This document shows, one piece after another, positions 26,685 through 40,200 of a stretch of DNA of 64,000 nucleotides (position 1 is its first letter; each line of letters begins with the position of its first letter). The position numbers and the translations under genes are program-made. Source of the DNA: Dicyema japonicum (lineage: Eukaryota > Animalia > Dicyemida); assembly GCA_011109175.1 (NCBI GenBank), contig RDEW01000002.1:1470111-1534110 (forward strand). The letters are read 5' to 3'. The notes under the pieces are model-generated. The model was not told the origin of the DNA, made no database searches, and worked only from the letters and a program-made list of their open reading frames with translations.

Positions 26685-27250
26685 TTAATTGTGCGATCTA
26701 CAAACTATAAGTAGACTACTACAGTCTATATTACTCACCCCAGTCCCTTCAAGTGAAGGAAACCTGTGGTTAACAGAAAAGTACGACCAAAGGCGGTCGT
26801 TCCCAAAAATCAATTGGATGTACCTGGAGGGGACCAAAACAAGAGGACTACAACCTTTGATCTTAACTAAGTTAAAATATTTTGCTAAATATAGGTTTAT
26901 TGTGGGTTGAGAGAATTTGATGCTTGATTGGTTTTTTGAACGATAAAATTTAGTGGTTAAATCATATCTATTTTTACAGTTATTTTCCTTCAACATAGTC
27001 GAGACGATGAGACCCAAGAAGATCAAAGAGTGGATAGACCCTGTAGTCACCAAACTAAGACATGCATCCTTAACTTTCCCGCCATAAATATTGTAAGAGA
27101 GTGCATTTTGTTCTACAAAGTTTTAATACAATAAAGCTGGCTGAAACTCTGGCCTCAAAGTCACCTACGGTAAAAAATTACTACATTGGAGTTAAGGGAG
27201 TCTGATAGGGGAGACAAGTTAGAGACTCTTCGATCTATCCTATTAAGCTT
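26685..27250 (-). CDS. Possible uncharacterised gene (122-aa open segment with hydrophobic N-terminus; upstream short-intron-like GT..AG stretches)
   Basis: ORF 26685-27053 plus a CGATA-rich AT stretch at 27300-27370. No homology recognised. Confidence 0.25.
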
Positions 27251-28284
27251 CCTTTATTGGTGGCCCTGATTCATGATGTGAGCGCCAACAATATGTTGAA
27301 ACTTAATTTACGATAAATTGTGTATCGATAAAAATAATTGCATCAATAAATTGAAAATCGACAATTTGGCAGACGAATTTATTGATATTTAATTGTCTTC
27401 AATTAACTGCTTTGTATTCCTTGGATGTGCCCTGAGGAGATCGTCTTAGACAAGGACGTGGTATTCTAATTGTTGTATAGCCATTTTTCGTACCAAGATA
27501 TCACCCACGTGTGAGCATCCTATGCAAAACGCTCGGATCCCACAAGCTTTTTTATTGGGATATACAGTGATCTCTGATTTTAAATCCCATGGTGACTCGG
27601 AGATCTGGTTACCTGATTATATGTAGTTATGTGATTGTCAAACTCCCTCATTGATAGTTTTTTCTAGGAGCTGACACGAGGGGTATTTAATTGTCGATTG
27701 CTGATGCATTCCAACTGCTCTCATTAGTTCAAAGAACTCACAATACTTACTGATCACCTTCCCTTCCATCTCACCTTTAATCCTGGAACAGTGACCTTCA
27801 AAAACTACAAGAAGTCTAATTGGCAAAACTTGAAGCTTTTATTCTGGAGGAGGTATGCGGCAATTGAATTATCTTAAATATTCCGTAATTAAATTCCCCA
27901 GATTATACCATACAGGGGGTGGACACGTGACGAATCGGCTATAAGGAAAAACTAGTCATTAACTTTGTGAAAGAAAATATCCAAGGACGGAGGGTTAAGG
28001 CAACAAGGTCGTTCATCCAAAAGAACTTTGATGAAAAAAGAACTTCAAGCAAGAGAATACTCTTATTAATAAAATAAAGATAATTTTCAATAACAAATGG
28101 TTAAGATACTTGATGGGCTATTACAGTAATTCACGTCAAAGACATGAACGGGCTTATCTACAAGTGACAGACAATCACTCAATGTCAATCGAATTCGAAA
28201 AAATTCATCAAAATAGCCAAATATAGATTTTGTTTTATTTTTTATGATTAAATAATTTATTATGGAAAAAAGTGAGCAAATGGT

Positions 28285-28400
28285 CACATATCGGCCCCCT
28301 GACTGCGTGGCTATTGCCTTTCAGGATGGCGGGCAAGATTCACTCAAATAACCTTGCACCACCGTATGATCGCTTCCACGGCATCTTGCACCCTCAGACA
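28285..28400 (-). mobile_element. CRE-clade 3' terminal remnant
   Basis: ILPAILKGNSHAVRG plus a 3' tail GACCATTTGCTCAC; nearly the same as 57160-57260. Confidence 0.6.
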
Positions 28401-29320
28401 CCTTACATCCGTTCTCCATGATTGATCCTAGAGTATGATATCATCCACATAGACGACCAATTCTCACATTGGTTAGTCGAGGGAGCGGCGACAAAAACAT
28501 GTTATACATGGTTGGGCTCAGACCCCTGCGGAACTCTTCGGTTAGACATAAGCAAATTAGAGCAACCTCTATGTACGTAATTCATCCGCAAAACAACCTT
28601 TGTTTCGGTGTCACAAAACGTGAACCAGTCCAGGACCCCTTTTCTTTTGACTTCTCCGTTTTTTCTATGGTGAATAATGCTTTTACCACGTTCCAAATAA
28701 TATTAATAGGGGAAGGGAGTCGTTACATGTGGTGTCAGTGGCTCCTCATTTTGAATGGAAATTTGTAACACCATAAGGCCGTTTACCGTATCCTCTGTGC
28801 AGGCAGGCGGGTTCCAGCATGGAGGGTTTCCTCCAGACTCCAGTCCACGTTTTACAGCATCATTTAGTGAATTATTTCTGGGAAGCTTCATCGGAATGAA
28901 AGAGATTTTGTTCATAGGTTTCACCTCAGGATTGACATAGTTTTAGTCCAAGTCGAATAGAGATCCCTGTATCATCTTCGAGGTTTGTCCCAACACTTCC
29001 GATTGGGAAGGGATTGATCCAAACACAACTATCTCCCTTCGCATCTCCAACAACAATTCATTTTCGCAGATTAAAGCTTTCGGATAGCATTAACTCTCGT
29101 TGGAGACTTTTTGGACACGTCCTGAGGTTGGACCCGAATATCGCAATGGAAGATTACTACTCCTCCAATGTATAACGCTTTCGTGGAAGACCGAGAAAAA
29201 CCCTCCAAGTCATTTTACAAAACGATCTGAAAGCCGTGAAGAAAACATTGGCATCTGGTGACGATCTGGGCACACTGAGGGACCTGGCTAAGAACAAAAG
29301 AGCTTGAGCAAGCTAACTCT
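28400..29320. mobile_element. Adjacent LINE remnants: I/Jockey-like RT (minus, RRVPQGS) and RTE 3' end (plus, GHVLRL...LRDLAKNK)
   Basis: Recognisable RT and RTE C-terminal motifs, with many stops. Confidence 0.6.
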
Positions 29321-29822
29321 TTCTCTTATATTTTTTGCTGCACATGCTGGGCTATAAATATTATGGTTCTCGTGAAGTGCTAAAAATAATAATAAAGATT
29401 TCTCTGCCACATTTGTCTAATTTCCAGATACTCCGTATTTTTGTCTATGACAATTTCGTAGGAAGTTTAAATTTTCCTCTTAGATTTTCCAACACATTGT
29501 GGTTAGTCATTCATAGTGCAATCTTAAAGTTCAAAACATAAAACAAGATTCACGTGACACTACCGATTCCAACACTGAAACGAGTTTGGCCCAGTGGATC
29601 CACTTGTTGGACTCAGGTGAGGGAATAAGCAATTGACCGTGGATAAGTTGACGATTTCCCACATTTACATAGTTGTTCTTCCGCAGAGGTAATGTTTCCA
29701 TTCGTTGGGGACACTTATATAAGGAAAGAACAGTTATGCTAATTAATGGAGGAATGAGGGCAAGAAATATAATCACAAAACAAATTTATTGAATAGATCA
29801 AGAATATTTAAGTCCAATATAA

Positions 29823-31983
29823 TTAGTCATCCTTAGAGTCAGCTCGACCTTCCAGGAAGTACTCTCCTTTATTTTTTTGTTCAATGTCCTATAATCACTA
29901 TAAATGAGACTTTGGCTGAGTTTGGCTTGTTAATCCTCGGTCTGTTCGTCTCCCAATCTCTTCTATACGTTATATTTATGCTCTTCAGGAACGAATTCAA
30001 CCCGGGAACCAAATGTTGAGGTCTAAAACTCAAAAAACACTAATAACGGAGAAGCAGTACAGGACACAGCTGGGATTCCGTCAAAAACGATGACTCTGTC
30101 CGCCAAATATGATGACATTATAAAGTCGTGCTCCACCACAAAGGCAATCTTCTTAGAATGGAGGATGAATCTGACAATATTCCAAAAATAATACTTTCTG
30201 ATAACACGTGCTGCCTCAATACGCTGCTCGGAGTCCAAATAAGCGCTCGGTTCGTCCAACAAGTAAATATCAGCCGGTTTCCCTAGACAGAGAGTGATCC
30301 CAACTCGTTGAAGCTCTCCCCCTGAGAGATTCTGTACCTAAGGCAAGATTAAACCCCAAATAGCCAACCATCTTGCTCATCAAAGAAGGAATGTTGAGGG
30401 GACGCATCACATCGGACAAAAATTGGGGATGATTTATTAAACCGGAGATCTTCTGGATCAGCAACTGTTCTACGTTTCCCTTAAACTTGGGGGATATCTT
30501 CTGCGGTTTATAACTCACATTCCACACTGGGACATTCTCTACCTCATAAAATAGATCATCTGACCCCCAGAATCCGGTTTCTGATTCCCAGCCAACATTC
30601 TAATAAACGTGGTCTTTCCTGTGCCATTCTCCCCCAACATCACTATTATTTCCGACTGATTGAAGAACCCGGGTTCCACGGTAAGTTCGAAGTTGTCTGC
30701 AGTTAATGAAATAAATCACCCATCCTCTTCTTCATCGCAGGGTACTGATGTGAGTAACTGTGGTTGACTGCAGTCCGTCCAATCTCGCTGATGTTGAACA
30801 CAATCTCGTTTTTTCGGAACACGAGATTCTCGGTCGGGATCTTCCCCCTCAGGAACATGTTGATCCCTAAAGTCAGGAACCACGGGAACCATTCCTTACC
30901 GAAGAGGGCAGTGTTACGACCCCATAGCACGCAGGCATCCCATAAAGAACACACACAAAGTCAGACAAGTAGTCCAGAACAGCCAAATCGTGCTCAGCGA
31001 TGACGACGTACTTTTTCTGTGCCAGTAGATCCCTGATGGCATGGGCCACCCTCATCCTCTGTTTCACGTCCAAGTAGCTCGTGGGCTCGTCGAAGATATA
31101 TCTACAACCTAATTTGAGGGTTTTATGAGTAAAACATGTCCGCATTCTGCACACACAGCAAAGCAATTGCCAATCGTTGAAGTTCCCCGCCTGAGAGTGT
31201 CTCCACTGACTGGTCCTTTACTTGGTTGAGTTCTGCAATTAGTCCCTACCAAACCAAGCAGATCCAACATTTCCTGCAAATTTCCACGATCTGACTTTGC
31301 TTTGAGCAGTTCCAGTACGGTACCCTGCCAAATTACGCCCATTTTGAGAGACTGTTAAGTTCTTCGGTATTCCGTCAACGAACTGAGGTTTTATGCGGAT
31401 CTGCAGTTTGTTTTCGAGCAGTTTCTTGAAGTAATTCTGCAGTTCTGATCCACGGAAATAACGGAGAATCTCCTCCCAGTCCGGAGGTTTCTGCAATAAA
31501 GTAAGAGAGGACCGCATAGCTGCCTAAGTTGGGTTTAAGCTTCCCAGCCAGGATCTTCAGAGCAGTGGTTTTGCCAGTTCCGTTAGCTCCCACCAATCCG
31601 AGGACCTCCCCGGCACGTGGAATCGGGAGTCTGTGAAGCTTAAACTGGTTGGGACCGTAGCGATGTGTGGTCATCGACTTGAAGTTTGTTGGAAGGTTTA
31701 TAATGTTTATTGCGTCAAAGGGACATTTCTAAAATGACTTTTATAAAAACCTTCTGGCAGATCCCACAACCAATGCAGAGGGTCTCGGATATTTCAGAAA
31801 TTTTGGATTGCTTCTCAACCTCGATGCACTTTTTACCGGTTTTAACCACCGGGCAGAAATTTTTGCATTCAAGATTGCACTTTGTAGGCCGACAACGCAT
31901 TTTATCAACGATGGCTGTGCGAATGTAGCTATCATGCTCTTCCTTTGAGCCTTTAGTTATTAAAACACGTGACCCGTAAGCAT
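29823..31983 (-). CDS. ABCE1: ABCE1/Rli1 ribosome recycling ATPase, 13 introns of 22-34 nt, fully open after splicing
   Basis: FeS domain [17 protein letters not shown]...[32 protein letters not shown] (twice), [38 protein letters not shown]. Confidence 0.97.
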
Positions 31984-32211
31984 CGATAAATTAGGTTTAA
32001 ATATTTAAAATAAAAGTTTTTTTATAATTTTTTTTAATTTAAATTAATCTTAAAAATTATCTACAATTAACTTTTTAACAGGTCACATTTTTTTTAAAGC
32101 CTTTTCACGAGAGCCATAGTATTTATAGCTCCGCATAGGCAGGACACACACTTTATTTTAAGTAAAGAACAGTTAATTTTAACTAATCGTAGAACCAAGG
32201 AATGATCTTCA

Positions 32212-32395
32212 CTTTTTTTTTTCTTTTTCTTGTGTGTGGGTCCTTTCTAGACAATCCAGTTCCGCAGTGAGTATTCACTGATGACGGCGTCACTCGTCAA
32301 ACCCGTTCTGCATCGTAGATGCGTGGAACCTTCCACCAGGTAGACAGCAGCGAGATTCGAACCCGTAGCCTAAGCAACTTAAGCCCGACACAGGT
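32212..32395 (-). mobile_element. tRNA-derived SINE-like element with an A-rich tail
   Basis: B-box GGGTTCGAATCTC (32352-32364), a GC-richer body with several hairpins, and a tail AAGAAAAAGAAAAAAAAAA. No clear A-box or cloverleaf. Confidence 0.5.
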
Positions 32396-32439
32396 CACAT
32401 ATTAATCATAATTTTGTAATAATATCTTTATCCCCCAGC

Positions 32440-33426
32440 CCCTACCACTCACTTATCAAATACCTCATAAGCCACCCAGAGTCCTGGATTTTGGATTTTC
32501 TAGAGTCCTGGTTATTAACCAACCACCTCTCTTATTCCCCTTTAAGTTTTGCTTCACATTATTCATCTCCGACAGACAGCAGTTGAACACAAAACCCGAG
32601 CTTCGGAGAAGTCCTCCCTGTCTCAAAAACTCCAAAAATCCTGAGTGATCTATGACCAATGCCTCAAATTCTCATCACACGTGGACCACGTAGTCACAAA
32701 AGTAAACAAGAAAAGGAACGCCCTACGCACGGTGGATGAATCCATCTTTGGCCAGGACAAGGAAACCCTCAGAAAAATCTACAAAAAATATACCAGGACC
32801 ACCTTGAACTACGCAAACCAATACTGGGCCTCATCCTTCCCAGCCTGCAACATCAAAAAATTCAGAGTCCAAAATGGAGCCCTTCGAACAATCATTTACA
32901 CCATCCGACAACGTCCGCTAAGAAGCCACTATTCTCCCAGTGAAGGACCACCTCTACATGAGGAACCTCCAATTTTCAAACGAAACCGCGAAACCAGACA
33001 ACCTTTGCCACTTCTTGAACTACACAGAGAACATCCGTGATAATCTCTACCATAGCGAAGCTGTTTCAAGAACAGGTAAAGATTCCTCCCCTTGATAAAA
33101 CCAAGTCAAAGGCAATACAAGACCACATCTCTACCAAAGCAATCCGAATACTGGTTTGGAACGATCTACTGGATGGCTCTCTCCCATTCATGGTTGACTC
33201 GAGACTACCCTCGACAGAGAAACAAGGAGGACCCTAGCATAATTACGTTCTGACACTTCTTCCTAAAGACGAATCAGGCTCTTATCTTTCACCGGACCAA
33301 TTATCATTTAGTCTACAAGAATCTATTTCCTGCCGAGACCTCCGGTGAACACAGAGAACTGTGGAAGCGTCCAACACTAGCTGAATCTTGCCTACCCTCA
33401 GAAGACTTATTATTATTATTATTATT
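32440..33426 (+). mobile_element. I/Jockey-like LINE 3' part ending in a (TTA)n tail
   Basis: YDQCLKFSSHVDHV, YANQYWASS, VQNGALRTI, LWKRPTLA, followed by TTATTATTATTATTATTATT at about 33406-33426. Confidence 0.8.
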
Positions 33427-33489
33427 AAAGCACTTTCACGAAAGCCATAATGATTATAGCCCCGCATGTGCAACACTCAAAGAAACAAT

Positions 33490-34930
33490 ATTTATAGTTA
33501 GTCTTTTCCATTTTCCTCTGTCGAATGCGAGTGATCTCAATTCGTCCAGGTCGTCTCCCGTCTTAAATTTTTTCTCACACGATTTAAGTCTTTGTTTAGG
33601 GCTGTCGGAAGTGTCGATCTAGGTCGTCCGCGGAAGGGTTTTTCGCATCTGTCAAAGTAATCTTCCATCGCTTTGTTAGCGGGTGCGTCCGGGTTCATTC
33701 TTAGTACATGCCCAAATAGCCTCCACCGGGCATCTATCACATCCTTGCTGATGTAAGAACACATACACTTGTTGTAGATACCAGTGGTTGATATTCTACG
33801 TGGCCACTCCATTCCGAGTAAGCTTCTTAGTTGCCTTCTATGGAACGAATCCAGTTTCAATAGTTCGTTGAAGGAACTTCCCCATGTCCCAGCGTTATAC
33901 AGTAGGATCGGTTTCACAAACGCGTTGTAAAGCCTGCATCTGATGTCAATTCCAAGTCCTTTGGCCCTTAGCCATCCTTTCTTCAGTTTAGCCATTGCCG
34001 CATTTGCCAGTGTTTTCCTCAGTACATCTTCAGCGTCTCCTAGTAGAGAGCCGAGCTTATTAGTACGTCTCCATCTTTCTTGAGTAATATCGTCTTCTCT
34101 TTTGATTTCCGTAATTTCAGTTTTGTTAACATTTACGCTGAGAAACCATTTCTCAAGCTCCGCAGGTGCATTTTCTAGCAGGTGTTGGAGTGCGGTCACA
34201 TCCCGTGATACAAAATCCACATCATCCGCATAAGATGTCTCTTCTATGTCTCCTATATAGCATTTACGGAGGTCGCGGAGTGCAGATTCAAGGTATATGG
34301 TGAATAGTAAAGGGGAGAGGGAATCACCCTGGGGTGTCCCAATCGTTGTTTTGAAACTGCGGGAAGTTGCTCCTTCTGTCCTCACAGATAGTCTTGTGTT
34401 CGCAAGTAGTAGTCTGATTATCCTAACCGACGATTCATCCAATATTTGCTCAAGCACATTCATCAGTTTCTGTCTGTTTATTGAGTCGAAAGCTCTGGAG
34501 AGATCTATTCCCAACACGGTTGTTGCGCTCTTGAATCTTTGGTGCGTTGCGCAGCGCCATCTGTGGCTCCATACAATGTCTGCCGTAGACCTCCCTTCTC
34601 GGAACCCACTTTGACTTGCTGGTAGGTATAGATTCGCCATACCCTTTATCCGGCTTAGTGCAATGTTTGTCAGCACCTTGCGTATCGAATTCAGAAGTAT
34701 TATAGGCGGAGATTTTCTACTGGTCCTTTTGATTTGTTCGGTTTTTGTATGGGTATTAATAATCCATTTCCAAGTCCTAGATCGGTATTAGTTTCAAGGA
34801 CGGCATTTAGGGTTTTTGCAATTGTGTCGCTAAGTTTTTTTGGCCATATTTTAGGAGCTCAGGGCTTATGTTGTCCGGCCCAGCACTCTTGTTGTTGTGA
34901 ATGATCAGAAGACTTGTGAATGATAAATCG
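33490..34930 (-). mobile_element. RTE-clade LINE, RT and C-terminus (379-aa ORF; the least decayed RTE copy here)
   Basis: QSGFREGRSTAD, LGIDLSRAFDSI, GTPQGDSLSPLLF, YADDVD, RLYNAFVKPILLYNAGTW, RWRLFGHVLRM, RGRPRSTLP. Confidence 0.93.
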
Positions 34931-35009
34931 TACTTATGTATTGGGTACTCAAAAAAACATTATTTCCTTAATATTTATTTAACTACAAGACCACCAAAAA
35001 AGATAGGTC

Positions 35010-35700
35010 AAAACTAACTAATTAGGTGATCCCAGCCTCCAACAACATACGAACTCTATTTCGTCTGGTCTTCTGATGACCCAACTGCATTCCGGAAGCG
35101 CCTTCTCTTCCTTCTACAAAGGAATTCAATCGGCGTGCACTTTTTTTATAACCGACCTAAATTCCTCTGGATGGGCGACCTTTTCTTGAATGGGTTTCCC
35201 AGTTCCTTGCAAAAACGTAGGAAACCCTGGTCATTCTTCTACGTAGCCTCCTCAGAAACGAGGCCGCCATAATTTTCCGCCTGAGAATTCAAACGATCCA
35301 CTCTCGAAGAGGGAATCGTAAATCTCCAATTATATTCAATGGTAGGAACGATGACTTGTTGGTAGACCTTGTTGACGCAAGCAGCAGGGGGGAATGGCTC
35401 TTCTTTATGATCGCCTTTAAAATGTTCCATTTCCGAAGACCCTTGGCAAGCACCTCCTCCACGTGACTTGAGAACGTCATCTGAGAGTCGAAAACTACCC
35501 CAAGGATCTTCTAAGTCCGCGTAGAAGGAATAGAAATATCTCTAAAAAACAGTTTGAGTCCATCTTTTAATCTTCTATCAGTTATGAAAATGGTGAACTG
35601 GGATTTAGATGCTGACACACATAACATATTTGCAGATAGCCAGTCACAAACTCGGTTTAGGTGTGACTGAAGAGTCGAATTTTAGTGTGGCGGCATGCGG
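35010..35700 (-). mobile_element. I/Jockey-like LINE 3' remnant
   Basis: ILGVVFDSQMTFSSHVEEV, and the family end LLEAGIT* followed by TTAGTTAGTTTT. Confidence 0.7.
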
Positions 35701-36124
35701 TTCACCTGTTGTTGTGGTGGCGCCCAGTGCAAGATGTGCACTAAAGAGAACCGTTTGAACTTTTCTACCTCTCTATGTCCTTTGGAAAAGTGGCCTACCA
35801 ATTTCCCTAATAGTGCTTTTGATATTGAAATTATAATCAATTTTTGTGTTTGTGGTTATAAAATTTAAAAAATAAACTCTCATCACATTTCTCCATTAAA
35901 ATTCACTAAATTTCCCGCTATAATTAAAATTATTTTATCATTTCCTAGAAGGTCCAATCCATAAACTTACACTTGTCAGCTATTTTCATTTTGGTTGAAT
36001 TACTGAACTTGTGCGGAATACCAAGTTCAAGGTTACTCAACCTTATTCGCCAGAATCAGAGTTGAGAATATTGTGGACAATAGAATATTATTAGAGTCGT
36101 TAGTTTGTTAGTACGTTTCGGTTG

Positions 36125-38608
36125 TTAATTCGTCCCCACAAGCATATCATAAAATAGTCCAAATTTGATAACATCAATCTCATTCTTGTTCTTCTCATCC
36201 ATCCACGTGTCAAATAGACTAAACTCTTGACGTCTCCAATCAAGTACATTCACCAATTTGTTGTACTCAATATTCCCATTGACGTCAGAAAATCTATCAG
36301 AATAACATTGGAGGACACTTTTTCAGAAGAACTTTAATCAGATCAGGGCACAGTGGCATTTTGATAGACTTTATTCCATTCGAAGTCTTATGAACAGAGA
36401 GGACCCCGGTTCTTAAGATAAACCACAAAGTCCACCCGTCAGAATCAGAGTGCTGGAAGAGATTCAGCAATCCTTCAAAATCGTTCCACATATTTTTTCT
36501 CAGTGCTTCAATCACACTCTGAATCACATGGGAAGTGCTGATTTCGTTATCCCCCTTACTGGCATACCTCCTACAATAGTACGGACTCACCTAACCTGGC
36601 CAGAGTCATGATCTCCTGCAAAACGAGGGAAGGGAAAGCTCGGCTTATCAACCCCCTGAATTGATCGTAGTTTAGTTGACTTGGGGATTCTAACTTTGTT
36701 CTTCCCAAAATATCCATGATCTCCTGCTTTCTTTCCCCCATTTCAGCTTTGATCTTGTCGACGATCAAATCAAAGTTCGAAAAGGGGAACTAAAAGTCGA
36801 GGTAACCTTTACCATAGAAGAATAACCTTCCATATAGGCGAAGGCGTAGTCGTCGGCATTTGTGAGGAAAAAATTGAAGGAGTTGATGCTAAGTATGTTC
36901 CCAATATAAAGATCTCGCGTTGAGTAGTACTTCGAGAACTCTGTGTTGTACCGTGGTTGGTCTGGAAGTCTAACCTTTTGCCTCTCCATGAATTTCCCCC
37001 GACGAAGCCTTTTAAATCCCGCCAAATCAAAACCCGAATTATTCAAGGGGTTTTCGAAGATCAAAATTGTGTCGTCGGAAAGGAAGTAGGAAAGAACGAA
37101 AAACCGCTCAGAGTCACTGGGTTTATCAGACATGAGTTTGGCCGTGAAACGAAGGACATTACTGATGTACCCGCATCCCCCAAACTCCAAGAATTTGTTC
37201 AGATCTTTGAAGGGAGGTTTCAGCTCCATCATCAGACAGGAGACCAATGAGTCCTCCTCCGTCCCAAAACCGGTATATGGGGGGAACTTTTTCTCTGGTT
37301 TGGCGAGTTTCGGTTTCTTGTACTCAATCGGTTCGAAATCAACTAAAATTGAAGACACGTGGGTACCCAATCCATAGATTTGGTTGTAGTAGCTCTTGGT
37401 GAAGTCATCACAGCTTATTAGAACGATCCTCCGTCCATAAACATTCAGGATGTTCCCGATTTTGAGATCCGAGTCCGTGTAATAGTCAACATTATACTTC
37501 CCCGTCTATTTCTAGTAAATTGGAGTTGCTACCCTCAAACTGTCCAAAATACTGCGACTTCCAGCTCCCATCGGCCCAAAAACGTTGAGAACCGTCCGTT
37601 TGGTAACAAGACCGTGAATCGGTAACTTCTCCAAGTTTTTTGGGATTCTATCTCTTTTGAGAAAAACAGGGGATTTGTCCCTTCCACAGTTTTTCGAATA
37701 TCGCTACACGTCAATAGAAGAACCAACTTCGAGAATCTCCACAGTGTCGTCCGCCAGGTAGTAATGGAGGATGAGATTCCTGAAATCTCCATAAAGGGAC
37801 TCGGTGTCGTCCCAGTAGCAGTAAAACCGAAGAACCTGTTTATCCTTGGCTAGAAACTGTCCCAACGTGTCGATCACCTGGTAGGGTTTCAGTGGATGCA
37901 TTTGTCCTTCCACCTAACAAATTAACACGTGGGCAACGGAGGATCGATAATTTGTGTAGGGATCATTCGGTAGTTCCTCAGTCTCGTTGATTTTGACGCC
38001 GATTTTATAGAGGAAATTTCGAGTGAAGCGGTCACAATTGACGAGTCTGAAGACTTTCCCGAAAATATTCATATCCATGGCAAGATTGAAGTCCTCGACT
38101 CCCCAGTAGCTGTCTTCATCAGAGGAATCCTTCAGAATTCGTTGTCTTTTGATGACGGTTCCTTATCGAATGGCAATATTAGTTACCCTGAGTTAGTCCT
38201 GAGTTCTTTAGACGAGGCTCAACTACTTGGACAGTGGAATCTTCCAAATAGAAGTAAATCTTGCAGTAATGAATTCTAAACTTCTCCACATTGCTTTCTA
38301 CAACCGACTCCCTGTACCAGCTGTCGAAGCAGAGAACCTAGAATGACCTTATTGTGGACTTTTTTGTCGAAGGCTATCCATGATGGTATCTGGTAGTCAT
38401 ATTTGTTTGAGAATATATTTTCTCGTTTATTTTTAGTCCCTAGAATCGGCTCACCCCCAATTCCCGCCTTTCCGTTGATTAAGATGGGCTCGTCTTGGGA
38501 GAAATTAAAATGCTGTGGTTTGTGGAATTTCTCACATCCAAGCTATATGTACCTCAAATTCATTACTTTTGTGTTGAAACTGTTGCCCGGTAAAAACGGT
38601 AGAACCAT
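36125..38608 (-). CDS. EFHC2: EF-hand domain-containing 2 (RIB72 family, three DM10 domains, microtubule inner protein)
   Basis: MVLPFLPGNSFN, WIAFDKKVLCFD, FYLEDSTVQVVEP, QVLRFYCYWDD, HYYLADDTVEI, PPYTGFGTEEDSL, SNVLRFTAKL, YFLSDDTILIFE. One apparent 1-nt deficit at about 36993. Confidence 0.93.
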
Positions 38609-38614
38609 TTATTT

Positions 38615-38627
38615 GTCACTTAGAAAC
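38615..38627. promoter_or_regulatory. RFX X-box-like motif GTCACTTAGAAAC, 6 nt upstream of the EFHC2 ATG
   Basis: Matches the 13-nt GTYNCY-TAG-NAAC form of the RFX site, in front of a ciliary gene. Confidence 0.55.
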
Positions 38628-38799
38628 TAAATTACTATTTATTTTACTATCATTTATTTTTAGAATTAGATATTTTAATCATTATATTTATTTTGAATAA
38701 ATAATTCTATCTTTTCGATTCACACATTGCTACATAGTCTTTTGGCTGAGGTGGTGAATTGTACTAATGTCTTGAACACACCTGTGTGATTTCATCAAC

Positions 38800-40200
38800 A
38801 CACCCTGGAGAAATCACACTTGCGAGATTTAATGCTAGAAGAATATCCCCTTCTCTTCAAAGAACTCAGCTGACCAAGGATCTAGTCCGTATGGAGTTGC
38901 AGATGCTTGCCTTCAAGAGACTAAGCTCAACAGCGATCTGAAGTAGTGGGAAAATACAGGTTAATCTTCCTTAAACCTCAGTGTAGACACTGCGGACAAG
39001 GTTTTACCTTCACAACAGATTTGCAACTCTATCCAAAAGTGCTCGAGTGTCAGTGACAAGATGTCAATATTGCAGTTAATGACCTGGAAACACCTCTAAC
39101 GATCATTAACATTTACGCACTGACAATGGGCATAACTTTGAAACGGCCTTAAGAAATTGAAAATTTTTACTCGGATTTCGCCGTGGTAATGGGGGATATA
39201 CCTGCTTCTCCGGTTTTGCAAAAACTGACTAACGGAAAATACGTTATAAATGGAGAACTAGTAAAATACTCACCACCGTCACTTACCCATTAGTTGTGCA
39301 ATACTCTAAACGACATTTTTACTACAAACATGGGAGTTCCACTTGGACGAGGAGTCCTAATCCCTATACAAAAACTCGGGAAGTCATTTTTGTCATTTGA
39401 AAATCTCGGATCCATAATTCTTCTAACGACTATACGAAGACTACTGTCTTGTCCTTGATGGTATATCACCTACTTGGACAAGTTCTCGGTGGGACAAAGT
39501 GGTTTCAGAAGAGGGAGGTCTACAGCGGATATTGTCTGGACACACAAATGGGTGTGTGCCATGACGCAAAGGTTCAGGAAGGCAGTTTATATTCTGGGGA
39601 TTGATTTATCGAAAGCTTTTAATACTTTTCATAGAGGAACGCTCATGTGACTGCTAGAAACGTTGATAGACGAAGACATGATGATACAGGTTATAATTTC
39701 AAACACGGACTTGGAAGTCTGGGTTGGCTCAGAATGCCCTCGCAAATTTAAAACGCCCAGCCACAAGGTAACTCATGATCACCAATTCTCTTCGTTGTCT
39801 ATATGGGAGCTGGTCTTCGGGATTTGAGAGCTAAAGTTATTCTACTTCTATCTTGGAATTAATATATGCGGAGGCATGGATTGTGTTTCCGAGGACATCA
39901 ATGATCTCATAATTGTTCTTAATCATGCTCCCGGAGTATTTGGTGAGTGGTTTCTGAAAATGAACAAACATAAAACCGAACTTATTACAATCAAACGGGA
40001 AAGCAAACTTACCTGGAGATATGAGGAGAGAAAAAAGGTCGGGTCTTGGCAACCTAGAAGCTGTTGTCAACAATAGCACTAAATAGACTAAAATCGACAT
40101 GGCTGAGATATGTGTATGTTTCAAGAGTAAAAGTACGACTATACGATGCTTTCGTCCTCGGGAACGGGGACTTTGCCATCAATAATGGACATTGATCTAA
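38800..40200 (+). mobile_element. Decayed RTE-clade LINE (APE remnant plus RT)
   Basis: TIINIYA...EIENFYS, LIPIQKLG, IILLTTIR, QSGFRRGRSTADIVW, GIDLSKAF. Confidence 0.8.

Noticed and set aside
29531-29776. 81-aa ORF just downstream of ABCE1
   Set aside because: It starts at GTG with no ATG, follows an AATAAA signal and has no recognisable homology; probably 3' flank.
29823-31983. Stop-codon reassignment (ciliate-type code) as the cause of fragmented ORFs
   Set aside because: In-frame stops fall inside removable GT-AG introns; Trp is TGG, Gln is CAR, and genes end in TAA or TGA.
32270-32310. Functional hammerhead ribozyme
   Set aside because: CTGATGA is present, but the GAAA core reads CAAA and stems I and III do not close.
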